NCBI GenBank assembly: GCA_963720545.1
Contig: OY970399.1
Span: forward strand, 3,904,001-3,968,000
Length of the DNA: 64,000 bases
Direction of reading: 5' to 3'
Source: an uncultured Acidobacteriota bacterium
GTDB lineage: Bacteria > Acidobacteriota > Vicinamibacteria > Fen-336
This document shows, piece by piece, positions 1-10,437 of this stretch (position 1 is the stretch's first letter; every line of letters starts with the position of its first letter). Position numbers and translations under genes: made by a program. Below the pieces are notes generated by a model that was given only the letters and a program-made list of their open reading frames with translations, did not search any database and was not told where the DNA came from.

Positions 1-438
1 GGGCGACATCGCGTCGAGCAGGAAGCCCATGCGGTCGGACTCGAGGAACATCGGCAGCTCCACGGCGTTGCTCGGCGCATCCTCGAAGTACATGGTGCGG
101 TCGTTGTCGGTGGTGCCGTTGTTGCGCCCGCCGGCTTGTTCGAGCCACGCGTCGAACGCTCCCTCGGGCACGTTCTTCGAGCCCTCGAAAAGGATGTGCT
201 CGAAAAGGTGCGCGAAGCCGGTGCGTCCCGGCTTCTCGCGGCCCGAGCCCACCCAGTAGAAGGTGTTGACGCTGACCACCGGCGCCGAATGGTCTTCGTG
301 CACCAGCACGGTGAGCCCGTTCTGCAGCCGGAACACTTCCGTAGGGACCGCAAGCCGCGCCTCGCCGGCCCAGGCGGGGACGGCGAGGCACACGGCAAGG
401 GCCGCGGCGGCGACGGCTCGTGGCGGTGACTGGCGCAT
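1..438 (-). CDS. M16 (pitrilysin-like) zinc peptidase, N-terminal part; runs off the window edge
   Basis: Manual translation of the reverse strand from ATG at 438: signal peptide, then ...RLQNGLTVLVHEDHSAPVVSVNTFYWVGSGREKPGRTGFAHLFEHILFEGS with the HxxEH inverted zinc motif. Confidence 0.9.
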   Translation of the reverse strand, partial: MRQSPPRAVAAAALAVCLAVPAWAGEARLAVPTEVFRLQNGLTVLVHEDHSAPVVSVNTFYWVGSGREKPGRTGFAHLFEHILFEGSKNVPEGAFDAWLEQAGGRNNGTTDNDRTMYFEDAPSNAVELPMFLESDRMGFLLDAMSP

Positions 439-459
439 GACCGCTGAGCTTACGCCGTC

Positions 460-1065
460 TTACTTCGCGGCTGCTGGCGCGTTCTTCGCGTTCGTCTCGA
501 GGTTGATCTCGATCGTGACTTCGTCGCCGAGGATGAAGCCGGCATCGAGCGCGCGGTTCCAGGAGACGCCGTAGTCCTTGCGGTTCACCCTGGTCTCCAG
601 CTCGAAGCTCGCGATGTCGTTGCCGCGCGGATCCTTGCCGGTGCCGAGCAGGGTGACCGGCAGGACCACTTCCTTGGCGACACCGCGGATCGTGAGCGTG
701 CCGGCGACTTCGAACAGGTTGTTGCCCTTGGCGGTGATCCTGCTGCTCTTGAAGGTGATCTCCGGGAACTGCGCGACATCGAAGAAGTCCGCGCTCTTCA
801 GGTGGTTGTCGCGGTCGGGGACACCGGTGTCGATGCTCGCCGCCTTGATCGTGAACTCGACCGAGCCGCCCTCGGGCTTCGCGGGGTCGGCCGCGACGGT
901 GCCGGCGAATTCGTTGAAGCGGCCGCGCACGTTGCCGGTGAGGTGGCGGATCTTGAAGCTCGCCTCGGAGTGTGCCTTGTCGATCTGGTACGCGGTGGAC
1001 GCGGCCATGCCCGGCGCTGCGGCGAGGGCAAGGACGGCTGCGGCGGTGAGGATGAGACCCTTCAT
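460..1065 (-). CDS. YceI-family lipid/polyisoprenoid-binding periplasmic protein
   Basis: Signal peptide; YQIDKAHSEASF, SIDTGVPDRDNHLKSADFFD and GTLTIRGV motifs. Confidence 0.92.
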   Translation of the reverse strand: MKGLILTAAAVLALAAAPGMAASTAYQIDKAHSEASFKIRHLTGNVRGRFNEFAGTVAADPAKPEGGSVEFTIKAASIDTGVPDRDNHLKSADFFDVAQFPEITFKSSRITAKGNNLFEVAGTLTIRGVAKEVVLPVTLLGTGKDPRGNDIASFELETRVNRKDYGVSWNRALDAGFILGDEVTIEINLETNAKNAPAAAK

Positions 1066-1105
1066 GAGTGCGACCTCCTGTGTGTTGGGGAAAACGGTTG
1101 CTGCT

Positions 1106-1603
1106 TCAGGAAATTACTGGACCGGGATGCGCGCCGCTGACGAGCGACGAACGCACGGCATCGAGAAGACGGACGAGACGGGCGAGGTCGGCCTTGCCGA
1201 GCGCCGCCAGCGCGCGCTTGTTGGCGGCACGCACGGGGCGGTCGAGTGCGGCGAGAATGCGCAGGCCTTGCGGGGTGATCCAGGCGAGGACCTGGCGCTT
1301 GTCCGCGTCGCAGCGGCGGCGCGTGACGAGCCCCTTGGCTTCGAGCCTGTCGAGTAGCCGGGTGATGCCCGGAGTTCGTTCCACCATGCGGCCGCCGATC
1401 TCGAGCGTCGGCAGCCCGGCGTCGCCGGCGCCGCGCAGGATGCGCAGCACGTTGTACTGCTGCGGGGTGATCCCGGCCGGCTCGACCACAGCCGTGACCC
1501 GCGCGCGGACCACGTCGGCGGTGCGAAACAGCGCCAGCGCCGCCTCTTCGGCGACGCTCGCAAACGGCCGCGTCTGCTGCAGCTCCTCCTGCATCCTGCC
1601 CAT
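1106..1603 (-). CDS. MarR-family transcriptional regulator
   Basis: GITPQQYNVLRIL...ITRLLDRLEAKGLVTR...DKR...ITPQG winged helix; ATG at 1603 lies downstream of a promoter-like element. Confidence 0.9.
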   Translation of the reverse strand: MGRMQEELQQTRPFASVAEEAALALFRTADVVRARVTAVVEPAGITPQQYNVLRILRGAGDAGLPTLEIGGRMVERTPGITRLLDRLEAKGLVTRRRCDADKRQVLAWITPQGLRILAALDRPVRAANKRALAALGKADLARLVRLLDAVRSSLVSGAHPGPVIS

Positions 1604-1613
1604 GCTGCCGCTG

Positions 1614-1645
1614 AAGTTAGGGCAGAATGCTTGACGTATCAAGCA
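1614..1645 (-). promoter_or_regulatory. Sigma70-like promoter overlapped by a probable MarR operator
   Basis: Minus strand reads TTGATA-17 nt-TAACTT; the perfect inverted repeat TGCTTGA-cgta-TCAAGCA (1628-1645) covers the -35. Confidence 0.7.
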
Positions 1646-1692
1646 AAAGGTTGTTGCGTCATGTATCCGCGGGTCACCGCACGTAACTGCGG

Positions 1693-2793
1693 CTACCGGA
1701 CCCGGCCGCGCGCGACGATCTCGATGTCTTCCACCACGCGGCCGCCGCGCACCCCGAGCAGGCGATCGTGCAGGTTGCTGACGACGCAGGCGTGGTTGGG
1801 CAGGATGCGCACGCGCTGGCCGACGCTGAAGCTGTCGCCTGGCGCCGCCTCGATGACACCGTGTTCTTCGGAGAGGCGCGCAATGCGGCTGTTGGTGCCG
1901 AGCACCAGGCCGTGGCCGCCGCCGCGCGGTCGCAGCGGATCGCTCGAGAGCGTCTTGCTGCCGGCATCCACCACGGCCTGGTTGGCTGCACCCGAGGTGC
2001 TGATCACCGTTGCGATCACCGTCATCGCGCAGTCTTCGAGGCCGCAGGTGCCGAGCGCCACCTGCGAGGCGTCGTGGTAGACGTAGTTGCCGGGACGGCA
2101 TTCGTCGAAGCCGCCGGCGCGCATCGCGGCACGCGCGGTCGGCGTCGAGCCAACCGACACGGTCCCGACCTCGATGCCGTCGGCGCGCAGCTCGGCCGCC
2201 GCCTTCGCCATCACGCCGCCTTCCTCCGCTCCCACCCGCGCCACGTCCGCCGGGGTCTCGCCGGAGTAGCCGTGACCGGCGTGGGTGAAGATTCCCTTGA
2301 GGCGCAGGCCGCGCATCCTGCCGAGCGCGCGCGCCAGTGCCAGCACGTCGCGCGGCTGGACGCCGACGCGGTGGTAGCCGCAATCGACCTTGATGACGAC
2401 GTCGAGAACGCGGTTGGCGGCTGCGAACGTCGCCGCCAGGCTCTCGGCCCCGGCCACCGAGTCGACGCCCACCGAGAGCGTCGCCCGCTCCGCCACGTCC
2501 AGCAGCCGCCGCGCCTTCGCGGCACCGATGACCGGATAGGCGAGGAACAGGTCGGTGAAGCCGCGCGCCGCGAACACCTCGGCTTCACCGGTCTTCGCGA
2601 GCGACAGTCCGCGCGCGCCGGCGTCCAGTTGCAGCTGCGCGATGCGCTCCGACTTGTGGGTTTTCGCGTGCGGGCGCAGCGACACCGAGGCGGCGGCCGC
2701 CGCGGCCGCCATGCTCGCGATGTTGCGCTCCGCCACGTCGAGGTCGACGACGACGGCGGGCGTGTCCACGGAATCGATTTCGAGGGAGGTCAT
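1693..2793 (-). CDS. PLP-dependent fold-type III enzyme (D-threonine aldolase / D-serine dehydratase-like)
   Basis: DTPAVVVD, LRPHAKTHKS (PLP lysine), GSTPT, RPGNYVYHD, SEEHG, PNHAC motifs. Confidence 0.88.
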   Translation of the reverse strand: MTSLEIDSVDTPAVVVDLDVAERNIASMAAAAAAASVSLRPHAKTHKSERIAQLQLDAGARGLSLAKTGEAEVFAARGFTDLFLAYPVIGAAKARRLLDVAERATLSVGVDSVAGAESLAATFAAANRVLDVVIKVDCGYHRVGVQPRDVLALARALGRMRGLRLKGIFTHAGHGYSGETPADVARVGAEEGGVMAKAAAELRADGIEVGTVSVGSTPTARAAMRAGGFDECRPGNYVYHDASQVALGTCGLEDCAMTVIATVISTSGAANQAVVDAGSKTLSSDPLRPRGGGHGLVLGTNSRIARLSEEHGVIEAAPGDSFSVGQRVRILPNHACVVSNLHDRLLGVRGGRVVEDIEIVARGRVR

Positions 2794-2837
2794 TGGCGAT
2801 GTAGCTTACCGGCACCGTCAGCGGGAGGTGAGCGAGC

Positions 2838-3929
2838 GTGGGAGTCCGTGCCATGGTGATGACAGCGCCGCACACCGCCGTGGTGATGCGCGAGTTCGCC
2901 GAGCCGCACGCCGCCGACGGCGGCGCGGTGCTCGACACGATCGCGAGCGAAGTGTGCGGCACCGACGTCCACCTGCACCACGGCCGGCTCGCGGGGGTGC
3001 CGTACCCGATCGTTCCCGGACACGTCAGCCTCGGCACCATCCGTGAGCTGCGCGGCGAGCTCCGCGACGTCGACGGCCGCGCCTTCCGCACCGGCGAGCG
3101 GGTGACCTACTACGACGTCTTCGGCATCTGCGGCGAGTGCTGGCATTGCCTGGTCGCGAAGGCCGGGACGCGCTGCCCGCAGCGCCGCGTCTACGGCATC
3201 ACCACCTCGGCCGCGGATGGACTGCTCGGCGGCTGGTCGGAGCGCATCGAGATCCTGCCTGGCGTGCGGCTCCTGCGAATTCCCGACGAGCTCGACGATC
3301 TCGCTTTCCTCGGCGGCGGTTGCGGCGCGCCCACGGGTTTCCACGCCGTCGAGCGAGCCGGCATTCGCATGGGCGACACGGTGGTGGTGCAGGGCTCGGG
3401 GCCGGTGGGGTTGAGCGCCGCGGTGTTCGCCCAGCTGGCCGGCGCCGATCGCGTGCTGGTGATCGGCTCGCCGCAGCTGCGGCTCGCGGCGGCAGGGCGG
3501 CTCGGCGCCGCCGAAACGCTCGACATCGCGACGGCGTCGAGTGGCGAGCGCGCCGCGTGGGTTCGCGAACGCACTTCAGGCCGCGGCGCCGACGTTGTCA
3601 TCGAGGCGTCTGGCAATCCGGCGGCGGTCCGCGAGGGCCTCGAGATGCTGCGCGACGCCGGTCGCTACGTGGTCGTTGGGCAATACACCGACGCGGGCGA
3701 CGTCAGCCTCAACCCGCACGCGCACATCAACCGCAGGCACGCGACCATCCTCGGCTGCTGGGGATACGAGTTCACGCACCTGCACCGATGCCTGCGGATG
3801 ATGGCGCGCCACGCGCAACGCTTCGACTGGGGTTCGCTGGTGAGCGCCGACTATCGCCTCGAGCGCGCCAACGAGGCGCTCGACGACATGGCCAACCTGC
3901 GCGTGGTGAAGGCCGTGATCCGGCCTTAG
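2838..3929 (+). CDS. Zinc-dependent medium-chain alcohol dehydrogenase
   Basis: CGTDVH, PGH, CGECWHC...C structural zinc, GSGPVG Rossmann motif. Confidence 0.9.
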   Translation: MGVRAMVMTAPHTAVVMREFAEPHAADGGAVLDTIASEVCGTDVHLHHGRLAGVPYPIVPGHVSLGTIRELRGELRDVDGRAFRTGERVTYYDVFGICGECWHCLVAKAGTRCPQRRVYGITTSAADGLLGGWSERIEILPGVRLLRIPDELDDLAFLGGGCGAPTGFHAVERAGIRMGDTVVVQGSGPVGLSAAVFAQLAGADRVLVIGSPQLRLAAAGRLGAAETLDIATASSGERAAWVRERTSGRGADVVIEASGNPAAVREGLEMLRDAGRYVVVGQYTDAGDVSLNPHAHINRRHATILGCWGYEFTHLHRCLRMMARHAQRFDWGSLVSADYRLERANEALDDMANLRVVKAVIRP

Positions 3930-3933
3930 CCGC

Positions 3934-4596
3934 TCAGAAGCGCAGGGTGTGGCGCTGCTTGCGCCACTCGATCTCGACCTCGCCGGTGCCGATGCGCAGC
4001 ACCTTGACGTCGCCGATCTCGTCGCCCTCGAAGAAGATCCTGTCGTCGATGAGCGCGATCGGCTTGCCGTCGCGGGAGCTGATCGCCTGGAGGTGCGGCT
4101 CGCCCTTCATGCTCCCCGGCCCTGACGCACGGGGTTCGTTCGCAGCGCCCGATCCGCTGTCCGCCGGCGCCGCGGCTTCCGCAGTGCGTTGCGGGAGCGG
4201 TTCGGGTCGTACCGCCGGCGCCGCGGAGCGCGGCTGCACTTCACGCGGTGACTCGGGAACGTTGGCGGCGGCCGGCGCCGCGGTGCGGAACGTGCTGGGT
4301 GCAACCGGGGGCGGCTCGGCCGGCGCGACTACGGGCGCCGCAACCACCGGCGGCTGTGCCGCGGCGGGCGGCGGGGCGGCGGCTTGCCTCGCCGGTGGCA
4401 CCGAGTTCCTCGACGTCAGGAACGTCGTGCCGAGCCCGCCGAGCGCCACCAGCGCCAGTGCGCCGATCGCCAGCAGCCACACCGGCACCGCCCGCCTGCC
4501 GTCGCGCCACGGCGCTTCACCGGCGGTGATGATCGGCGCCGCGGCGCGGGCCTGCTCGCGCTCCAGCTTCTTCAGGGCTTCCAGGATGAGGCTCAC
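3934..4596 (-). CDS. GspB/ExeB-like protein
   Basis: N-terminus (V/M)SLILEALKKLEREQ, TM helix, Pro/Ala linker, C-terminal LQAIS...ALID...EGDEIG domain; overlaps the stop of the exeA-like gene. Confidence 0.75.
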   Translation of the reverse strand: MSLILEALKKLEREQARAAAPIITAGEAPWRDGRRAVPVWLLAIGALALVALGGLGTTFLTSRNSVPPARQAAAPPPAAAQPPVVAAPVVAPAEPPPVAPSTFRTAAPAAANVPESPREVQPRSAAPAVRPEPLPQRTAEAAAPADSGSGAANEPRASGPGSMKGEPHLQAISSRDGKPIALIDDRIFFEGDEIGDVKVLRIGTGEVEIEWRKQRHTLRF

Positions 4597-6131
4597 GGGC
4601 GCGCTCCTCCAAGTCTCGGCCGCGGGTAGTCGAGCCCGCTGTAGAGCGCCATCAACGTGCGCTGGCCGGGAATGCCGTCGGCCACGAGCGCGGTGTCGCG
4701 CTGGAAGTTCGCCACGTCGTCGGCCAGCAGGCCGGTGCCGCGCCGCCCGAGCCGCGCCAGGGCGCTCGACGCCCAGGGATAGGAGCGCGTGGAGTCGTCG
4801 GCGACGCCGTCGAAGTCGCGCCAGAGAAAGGTCGTCTGTCCCGTCCAGTACCGCTCCAGCACGCCCAGCGGCACGCGCAGGTCGCCCGACTCGAGGCGCA
4901 GCGTTGCGGAACCTCCATCGAGCGCCACCAGCGGCACGAAGCAGGTGGTCTCGGCGTTGGGCGGCGCCAGTTCGAGGATCGCGGGCACGTCGAGGCGGCG
5001 CACCTGGTCCAGCCGGCTCAGCATGGTCAAAGAGCGCAGCGGCGGTCCCGGCGTCCAGGCGGAGCGCACGCTGTTGACGGCGCTGCTCCACGACGCTTCG
5101 CGCTGCGCCGAGGCGAGAAACGCGTCGAGCGGCGGTGTCGGCACGGGAGTGGGCACCGAAGGCGCCGGGGCCGGCGTGGCGGCAGTAGCTTCGAGGCGTT
5201 CGCGCGCCTGCAGGCGCCCGGCGGGCAGCCACAGGTAGGCGGCGATCGCCAGCAGCGCGATGGCGCCGGCGCCCACCGCCCACGGCAGCGCGCGCTTCGG
5301 CATCCACGGCCCGGCGCCGCCGAACACCTCCTGCGCGGAACGATCGACCATGCCGCGGTCGATCTCGCGGGTGCCGCCGACGTAGCCGGCGAGAAGCGCC
5401 CGGTCGCACACCAGGTTGATGAGGCGGGGAATGCCGCCGGAGCGGCGCTGCACGGCGCGCAGCGCGCCGGTCGTGAACGCGACTTTGCCTTCGCCGCCGG
5501 CAACCGCCAGCCGATGCTTCACGTACGCCGACGTGTCGGCGAGGTCGAAAGGCGCCAGGTGGTAGCGCGCGGTGACGCGCTGCGCCAGCTGCCGCAGGTC
5601 GCGCCGCGCGAGCATCTCCTTCAGCTCGGTCTGGCCGATGAGGACGATCTGGATGAGCTTCTCGGTGTCGGTCTCGAGGTTCGAGATGAGCCGCACCTGC
5701 TCCAGCACGTCGCGGGTCAGGCCCTGAGCCTCATCGACCACCAGCACCACGCGCTGGGCGCGGGCGCGCGCGTCGAGGAGGTACCCGTGCAGGGCGTCCA
5801 TGTACGGCTTGGTCGCTCCGCGCTCGGTGTCGCGTGGCGTCGGGACGTGCAGTTCGTTCAGCACCGTCTCCAGCAGCTCGCCGGCGCTCACCGACGGATA
5901 CAGCACCACCGCGGTCGCGGTGCCCGGCTCGAGCTGCGACAGAAAGTAGCGGGCGAGTGTGGTCTTGCCCATGCCCACTTCGCCGGTGACGACCACGAAG
6001 CCGCCCCGTTCCTGGAAACCGAACTCGAGGTGCGCGAAGGCCTCGGCGTGACGGCCGGACAGGTACAGGTATTTCGGGTCCGGCGTGAGGTTGAATGGCT
6101 TCTCGGTGAAGCCGTAAAACGACTCGTACAT
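4593..6131 (-). CDS. ExeA/GspA-like AAA ATPase with TM segment and C-terminal peptidoglycan-binding domain
   Basis: MYESFYGFTEKPFNLTPDP, Walker A GEVGMGKTT, Walker B VVDEAQ, GIPRLINLVCDRALL; C-terminal VANFQRDTALVADGIPGQRT. Confidence 0.9.
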   Translation of the reverse strand: MYESFYGFTEKPFNLTPDPKYLYLSGRHAEAFAHLEFGFQERGGFVVVTGEVGMGKTTLARYFLSQLEPGTATAVVLYPSVSAGELLETVLNELHVPTPRDTERGATKPYMDALHGYLLDARARAQRVVLVVDEAQGLTRDVLEQVRLISNLETDTEKLIQIVLIGQTELKEMLARRDLRQLAQRVTARYHLAPFDLADTSAYVKHRLAVAGGEGKVAFTTGALRAVQRRSGGIPRLINLVCDRALLAGYVGGTREIDRGMVDRSAQEVFGGAGPWMPKRALPWAVGAGAIALLAIAAYLWLPAGRLQARERLEATAATPAPAPSVPTPVPTPPLDAFLASAQREASWSSAVNSVRSAWTPGPPLRSLTMLSRLDQVRRLDVPAILELAPPNAETTCFVPLVALDGGSATLRLESGDLRVPLGVLERYWTGQTTFLWRDFDGVADDSTRSYPWASSALARLGRRGTGLLADDVANFQRDTALVADGIPGQRTLMALYSGLDYPRPRLGGARP

Positions 6132-6178
6132 GGAGATCGTTGACCGTTTCGGAGTGTAGCATCGAAGCTTTGGCGGCC

Positions 6179-6835
6179 ATGGAAGCGACGATCGACGCCG
6201 GTGGTGGGGGCAAGGCGCCCTTTTCGCTCGCGGTGTTCGGCAGCGGCGGACCCGTCCTGGTGCTCGGCCACGGCGCCGGCGGCAACCGCAGGACCCCCTG
6301 GCTCGTGCGCATGGCCGAAACGCTCGGCGGTCGCGGCCGGCGCGTCGTCCTTTACAACTTTCCCTACACCGAAGCCGGTCGGAAGGTGCCCGACAAGCCC
6401 GACGTGCTCGAAGCCGCGATTGCCGCCGCCGCAGAGTGGTGCCGCAGCACACTCGGCGCGGAGAAGTTGGCGCTCGGCGGCAAGTCGATGGGTGGCCGCA
6501 TCGCCTCGCAGGCCGTCGCCAAGGGCCTGCGCTGCGACGCGCTCGTGTTCCTCGGCTATCCGCTGCACCCGCCGGGACAGCCGGACAAGCTGCGCGATGC
6601 ACACCTCGGGGGGATCCCGGTGCCGATGCTGTTCCTGCAGGGAACCCGCGACGCCTTCGCTTCGTGGGACCGGCTCGAGCCGGTGCTGGCGCGCCTGCCG
6701 AAAGCGACGCTCCACAAGGTCGAGGGCGGCGACCATTCGTTCGCGGTGCCGAAGAAGACCGGGCGCACAGCTGCCGCGGTCGAGGCCGAATGCGCCGCGG
6801 CCGTCTCGGACTGGCTCAGCGCGAAGGGACTGTAA
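6179..6835 (+). CDS. Alpha/beta hydrolase (Tex30/KANL3-like family)
   Basis: [33 protein letters not shown]. Confidence 0.85.
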   Translation: MEATIDAGGGGKAPFSLAVFGSGGPVLVLGHGAGGNRRTPWLVRMAETLGGRGRRVVLYNFPYTEAGRKVPDKPDVLEAAIAAAAEWCRSTLGAEKLALGGKSMGGRIASQAVAKGLRCDALVFLGYPLHPPGQPDKLRDAHLGGIPVPMLFLQGTRDAFASWDRLEPVLARLPKATLHKVEGGDHSFAVPKKTGRTAAAVEAECAAAVSDWLSAKGL

Positions 6836-8889
6836 AAGCCGCCGCCTCCGCCTGCAGCGCTTCCCACTGCGCCATCAGGTCGTCGATGCCGGCGAGGTGT
6901 TTCTGGCGGTCGGACACCGCCTGGTCGGCGCGGGCGCGGTCGTCGTAAAAGCCCGCCGAAGCCATCAACGACTCGAGGTCGCGGACCGCCTGTTCCTGCA
7001 CAGCGATCTGCTGCTCAAGTTCCTTGAGCCGCGTCGCACGTTTGCGCGCTTCGCGCTCCTGCGCCTGCTTCTCGGCATGCGAGATCGCGCCGCGCAGCCG
7101 CGGCGCCAGCGGGTTGGCGTTCGCGGCGGGGGCAGCAGCGGGCGCCGCTTCCGCCTGCGGCGCAACCGCGTGCTGCCTCGGCCGCTCCCGCTTCTGCACG
7201 CGCGCCGGCGCCTGCGGCCGCGCCGCGGGCGCGGCAACCACGGCCGGCTTCGCGGCAGCGAGCGGCGGCAGGGCGGCGCCCAGTTCGCGCGCCTTCTTCC
7301 AGGCGAGGAAATCTTCGTAGCCGCCGCTGTAGGAGAACGCCTCGCCCCCGCCCACCTCGACCACGCGGTTCGCGAGCTTGTCCACGAAATAGCGGTCGTG
7401 CGAAACGAAGATCAGCGTGCCGGCATAGTCGAGCAGCGCCTCGAGCAGGATCTCCTTCGAGTCGAGGTCGAGATGGTTGGTCGGCTCGTCGAGCACCAGC
7501 AGGTTGCTCGCGGTCAGCAGCATCTTGGCGAGCGCCAGGCGGTTGCGCTCGCCGCCCGAGAGCACGTTCGTTTTCTTGTAAACGTCGTCGCCCGAGAACA
7601 GGAAGCCGCCGAGGATGTGGCGGATCATCGGCACCATCGTCGACGGGCTGGCCGACGACATCTCCTCGTACACCGTGCGCGCCGGGTTCAGGATCTCGGC
7701 CTGGTTCTGCGCGAAGTAGTCGAGCAGCACCTGGTGGCCGACGATGCGCACGCCCGCATCCGGCTGGTCCACACCCGCGAGGATGCGCATCAGGGTCGAC
7801 TTGCCGGCGCCGTTCGGCCCGACGAGCGCCACGCGCTCGCCGCGCTCCACCAGCAGGTCCACGCTGCGCAGCACCACGTTGGCGCCGTACGTGCGGCCCA
7901 CGCGCCTTGGCCTCGAGGACGATGCGCCCCGGACGCGGCGCCTCGGGAAACTTGAAGCGGATCTTCTTGCGCTGCGGCGGGATCTCGATGCGCTCCACCT
8001 TGTCGAGCTGCTTGATGCGGCTCTGCACCTGCTTCGCCTTGGTCGCCTGGTAGCGGAAGCGGTTGATGAACGCCTCGGTCTTCTCGATCTCCTCCGACTG
8101 GCGGCGGTGCGACTCGAGCAGGCGCTCCATGCGCGCGGCGTGCTCGACCACGTACTTCGAGTAGTTGCCGTGATAGTCGGTCAGCGTCTTCAGGCCCACC
8201 TCCGTGACGCGCTTGACGGTCGCGTCCAGGAAGTAGCGGTCGTGCGACACCAGCACCACCGAGCCCGGGTATTCGTTGAGGTAGTCCTCGAGCCAGTTGC
8301 GCGCGGGCAGGTCGAGATGGTTGGTCGGCTCGTCCATCAGCAGCAGGTTGGGGCGCGCCAGCAGCAGCTTGGCGAGAGCGATGCGCATCTGCCAGCCGCC
8401 GGAGAACTCCTCGGTCTTGCGCTCCTGGTCGGCGAGCGTGAAGCCGAGCCCCTTCAGGACGTCGGCGATGCGCGCATCCATCTCGTAGCCACCGAGGTGC
8501 TTGAAGCGCTCGGTGATGTCGGCATAGCGCTCGAGCAGCTTTTCGTGCGCTCCCTCGGCATCCTCGACCGCCAGCTTGTCCTCGATCTCGTGCTGCTCCG
8601 CCTTCAGCGCCAGCAGCTCCGCGAACGCGAGCATCACCTCGGCGTGCACGGTGCGTCCCTTGTGGACGATGCCGTCCTGCGGCAGGTAGCCGATGGTGGT
8701 GTCCGATGCCATGCGAATCTGGCCCGCGTCCGGCTCTTCGAGGCCCGCGAGCATGCGCAGCAGTGTCGTCTTGCCCGAGCCGTTCGGGCCGGACAGGCCG
8801 ATGCGATCGCGCTTCTTCACGTGCCAGGACACGTCCTGGAGGAGCACGCGTTCGCCGTACCGTTTGGTGAGGCCTTCGACGTGGATCAT
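6816..8889 (-). CDS. ABC-F family ATPase with one apparent +1 frameshift near 7903
   Basis: Two ABC domains ([17 protein letters not shown] and [17 protein letters not shown]) in two frames, joined at ...GCC AAG GCG C GTG GGC...; C-terminal coiled coil. Confidence 0.9.
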
Positions 8890-8978
8890 GGTGTGTGCAA
8901 GAGCTCGAACCCCCTATTTTAGGCGATCCGGCCCGGTTCCTTGCAGGGGCGGCCGTTGCGCCGGGATAATGTCCCCCA

Positions 8979-10418
8979 ATGTCATCGGTCACCGTTGAAA
9001 AGTCGTTTGCCGGCCTCGGCCTTAAGGACGCCACCCTCCAAAGCCTCGAAGCCAAGGGTTACAAGACCCCCACCGACGTGCAGTTCGAGACCATCCCGAA
9101 GGCAATCGCCGGCATCGACCTGGTGGTGCAGTCGCGCACCGGCACCGGCAAGACCGCCGCCTTCGGCATCCCGATCGTCGAGAAGGTGGACCTCGCGAAG
9201 GCCGAGCCGCAGGCGCTGGTGCTGGCACCGACGCGCGAGCTCGCCGTGCAGGTGGCGCAGGAAGTGACCGAGCTGGGGCGCGCGGGCAAGATCAAGGTGG
9301 AGGCGGTCTACGGCGGCGATTCGCTCGACCGCCAGATCGAAGGCATCAAGGCGGGGGCGCAGGTCATCGTCGGCACCCCCGGCCGCGTCCTCGACCACCT
9401 GCGCCGGGGCACGCTGGTGTTGAAGGGCCTGCGCATGCTGGTGCTCGACGAAGCCGACCGCATGCTCGACATGGGCTTCGCGCAGGAGATGAGCCAGATC
9501 ATGGAGTACCTGCCGGCGGAGCGGCAGACGCTGCTGTTCTCGGCGACGGTGCCGGTGAGCATCCGCGGGCTCATCTACCACTACCTCACCGACCCCGAGT
9601 GGGTGCTGCTCTCGACCGACCAGGTGTACGTGCGCGAGGTCGAGCACCTCTACGTGCTGACCTCACGCCTGCACAAGGAGGCGACGCTCGAGCGCATCCT
9701 CGAGTACGAGAAGCCGGCCGCCTCGATGATCTTCTGCAACACCAAGGAGGAGACGCGCAACGTCTCGGCGTTCCTCGCCGGCCGCGGCCACCGCGCCGCC
9801 ATGCTCTCGTCGGACCTGACGCAGAAGAAGCGCGAATCGGTGCTGCTCGCGTTCCGCAACGGCAAGGTGCATCACCTCGTCACCACCGACGTCGCCTCGC
9901 GCGGCATCGACATCGAGGACCTGAGCCACGTCTTCATCTTCTCGACGCCCGATTCGCCCGAACAGTACATTCACCGCGCCGGCCGCACCGGGCGGGTGGG
10001 GAAGTCGGGGCGCGCCATCAGCCTGGTCTCGGCCCACGACCTGATGAACTTCAACCGCCAGGTGCGCCGCTACCGCATCGAGGTGCAGGAACTGCAGGCA
10101 CCCTCCGACGACGAGGTGCGCGCGCGCAAGGCGCAGCGCATCGTCGACGACATCGCCGTGGACGCAGCGACGCTGCCGCTCGAGACCTTCTTCGAGCTGT
10201 CGGGGGCCGCGCGCCTGCTGGCGGCACGCGAGGACCGCGACCGGGTGGTCGTGCTGCTGCTCGCGAAATACCTGGCGGCGAACGCGCCGCCGCCCGAACC
10301 GGAAGAGCCGGCCGACGAGGAGCCGCCCTACCGCGCGGGCGACCAGGCGGGCGGACCGCGCCGGCGCTACGGCGGCGGTGGCGGCGGCAGCAGCCGGCGC
10401 CGCGGGCGCGGCCGCTAG
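8979..10418 (+). CDS. DEAD-box RNA helicase
   Basis: Q motif, RTGTGKT, PTRELA, TPGR, DEAD, SAT, HRAGRTGR; Arg/Gly-rich tail. Confidence 0.95.
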   Translation: MSSVTVEKSFAGLGLKDATLQSLEAKGYKTPTDVQFETIPKAIAGIDLVVQSRTGTGKTAAFGIPIVEKVDLAKAEPQALVLAPTRELAVQVAQEVTELGRAGKIKVEAVYGGDSLDRQIEGIKAGAQVIVGTPGRVLDHLRRGTLVLKGLRMLVLDEADRMLDMGFAQEMSQIMEYLPAERQTLLFSATVPVSIRGLIYHYLTDPEWVLLSTDQVYVREVEHLYVLTSRLHKEATLERILEYEKPAASMIFCNTKEETRNVSAFLAGRGHRAAMLSSDLTQKKRESVLLAFRNGKVHHLVTTDVASRGIDIEDLSHVFIFSTPDSPEQYIHRAGRTGRVGKSGRAISLVSAHDLMNFNRQVRRYRIEVQELQAPSDDEVRARKAQRIVDDIAVDAATLPLETFFELSGAARLLAAREDRDRVVVLLLAKYLAANAPPPEPEEPADEEPPYRAGDQAGGPRRRYGGGGGGSSRRRGRGR

Positions 10419-10437
10419 CTCGTCCCGACGTCAGCGC

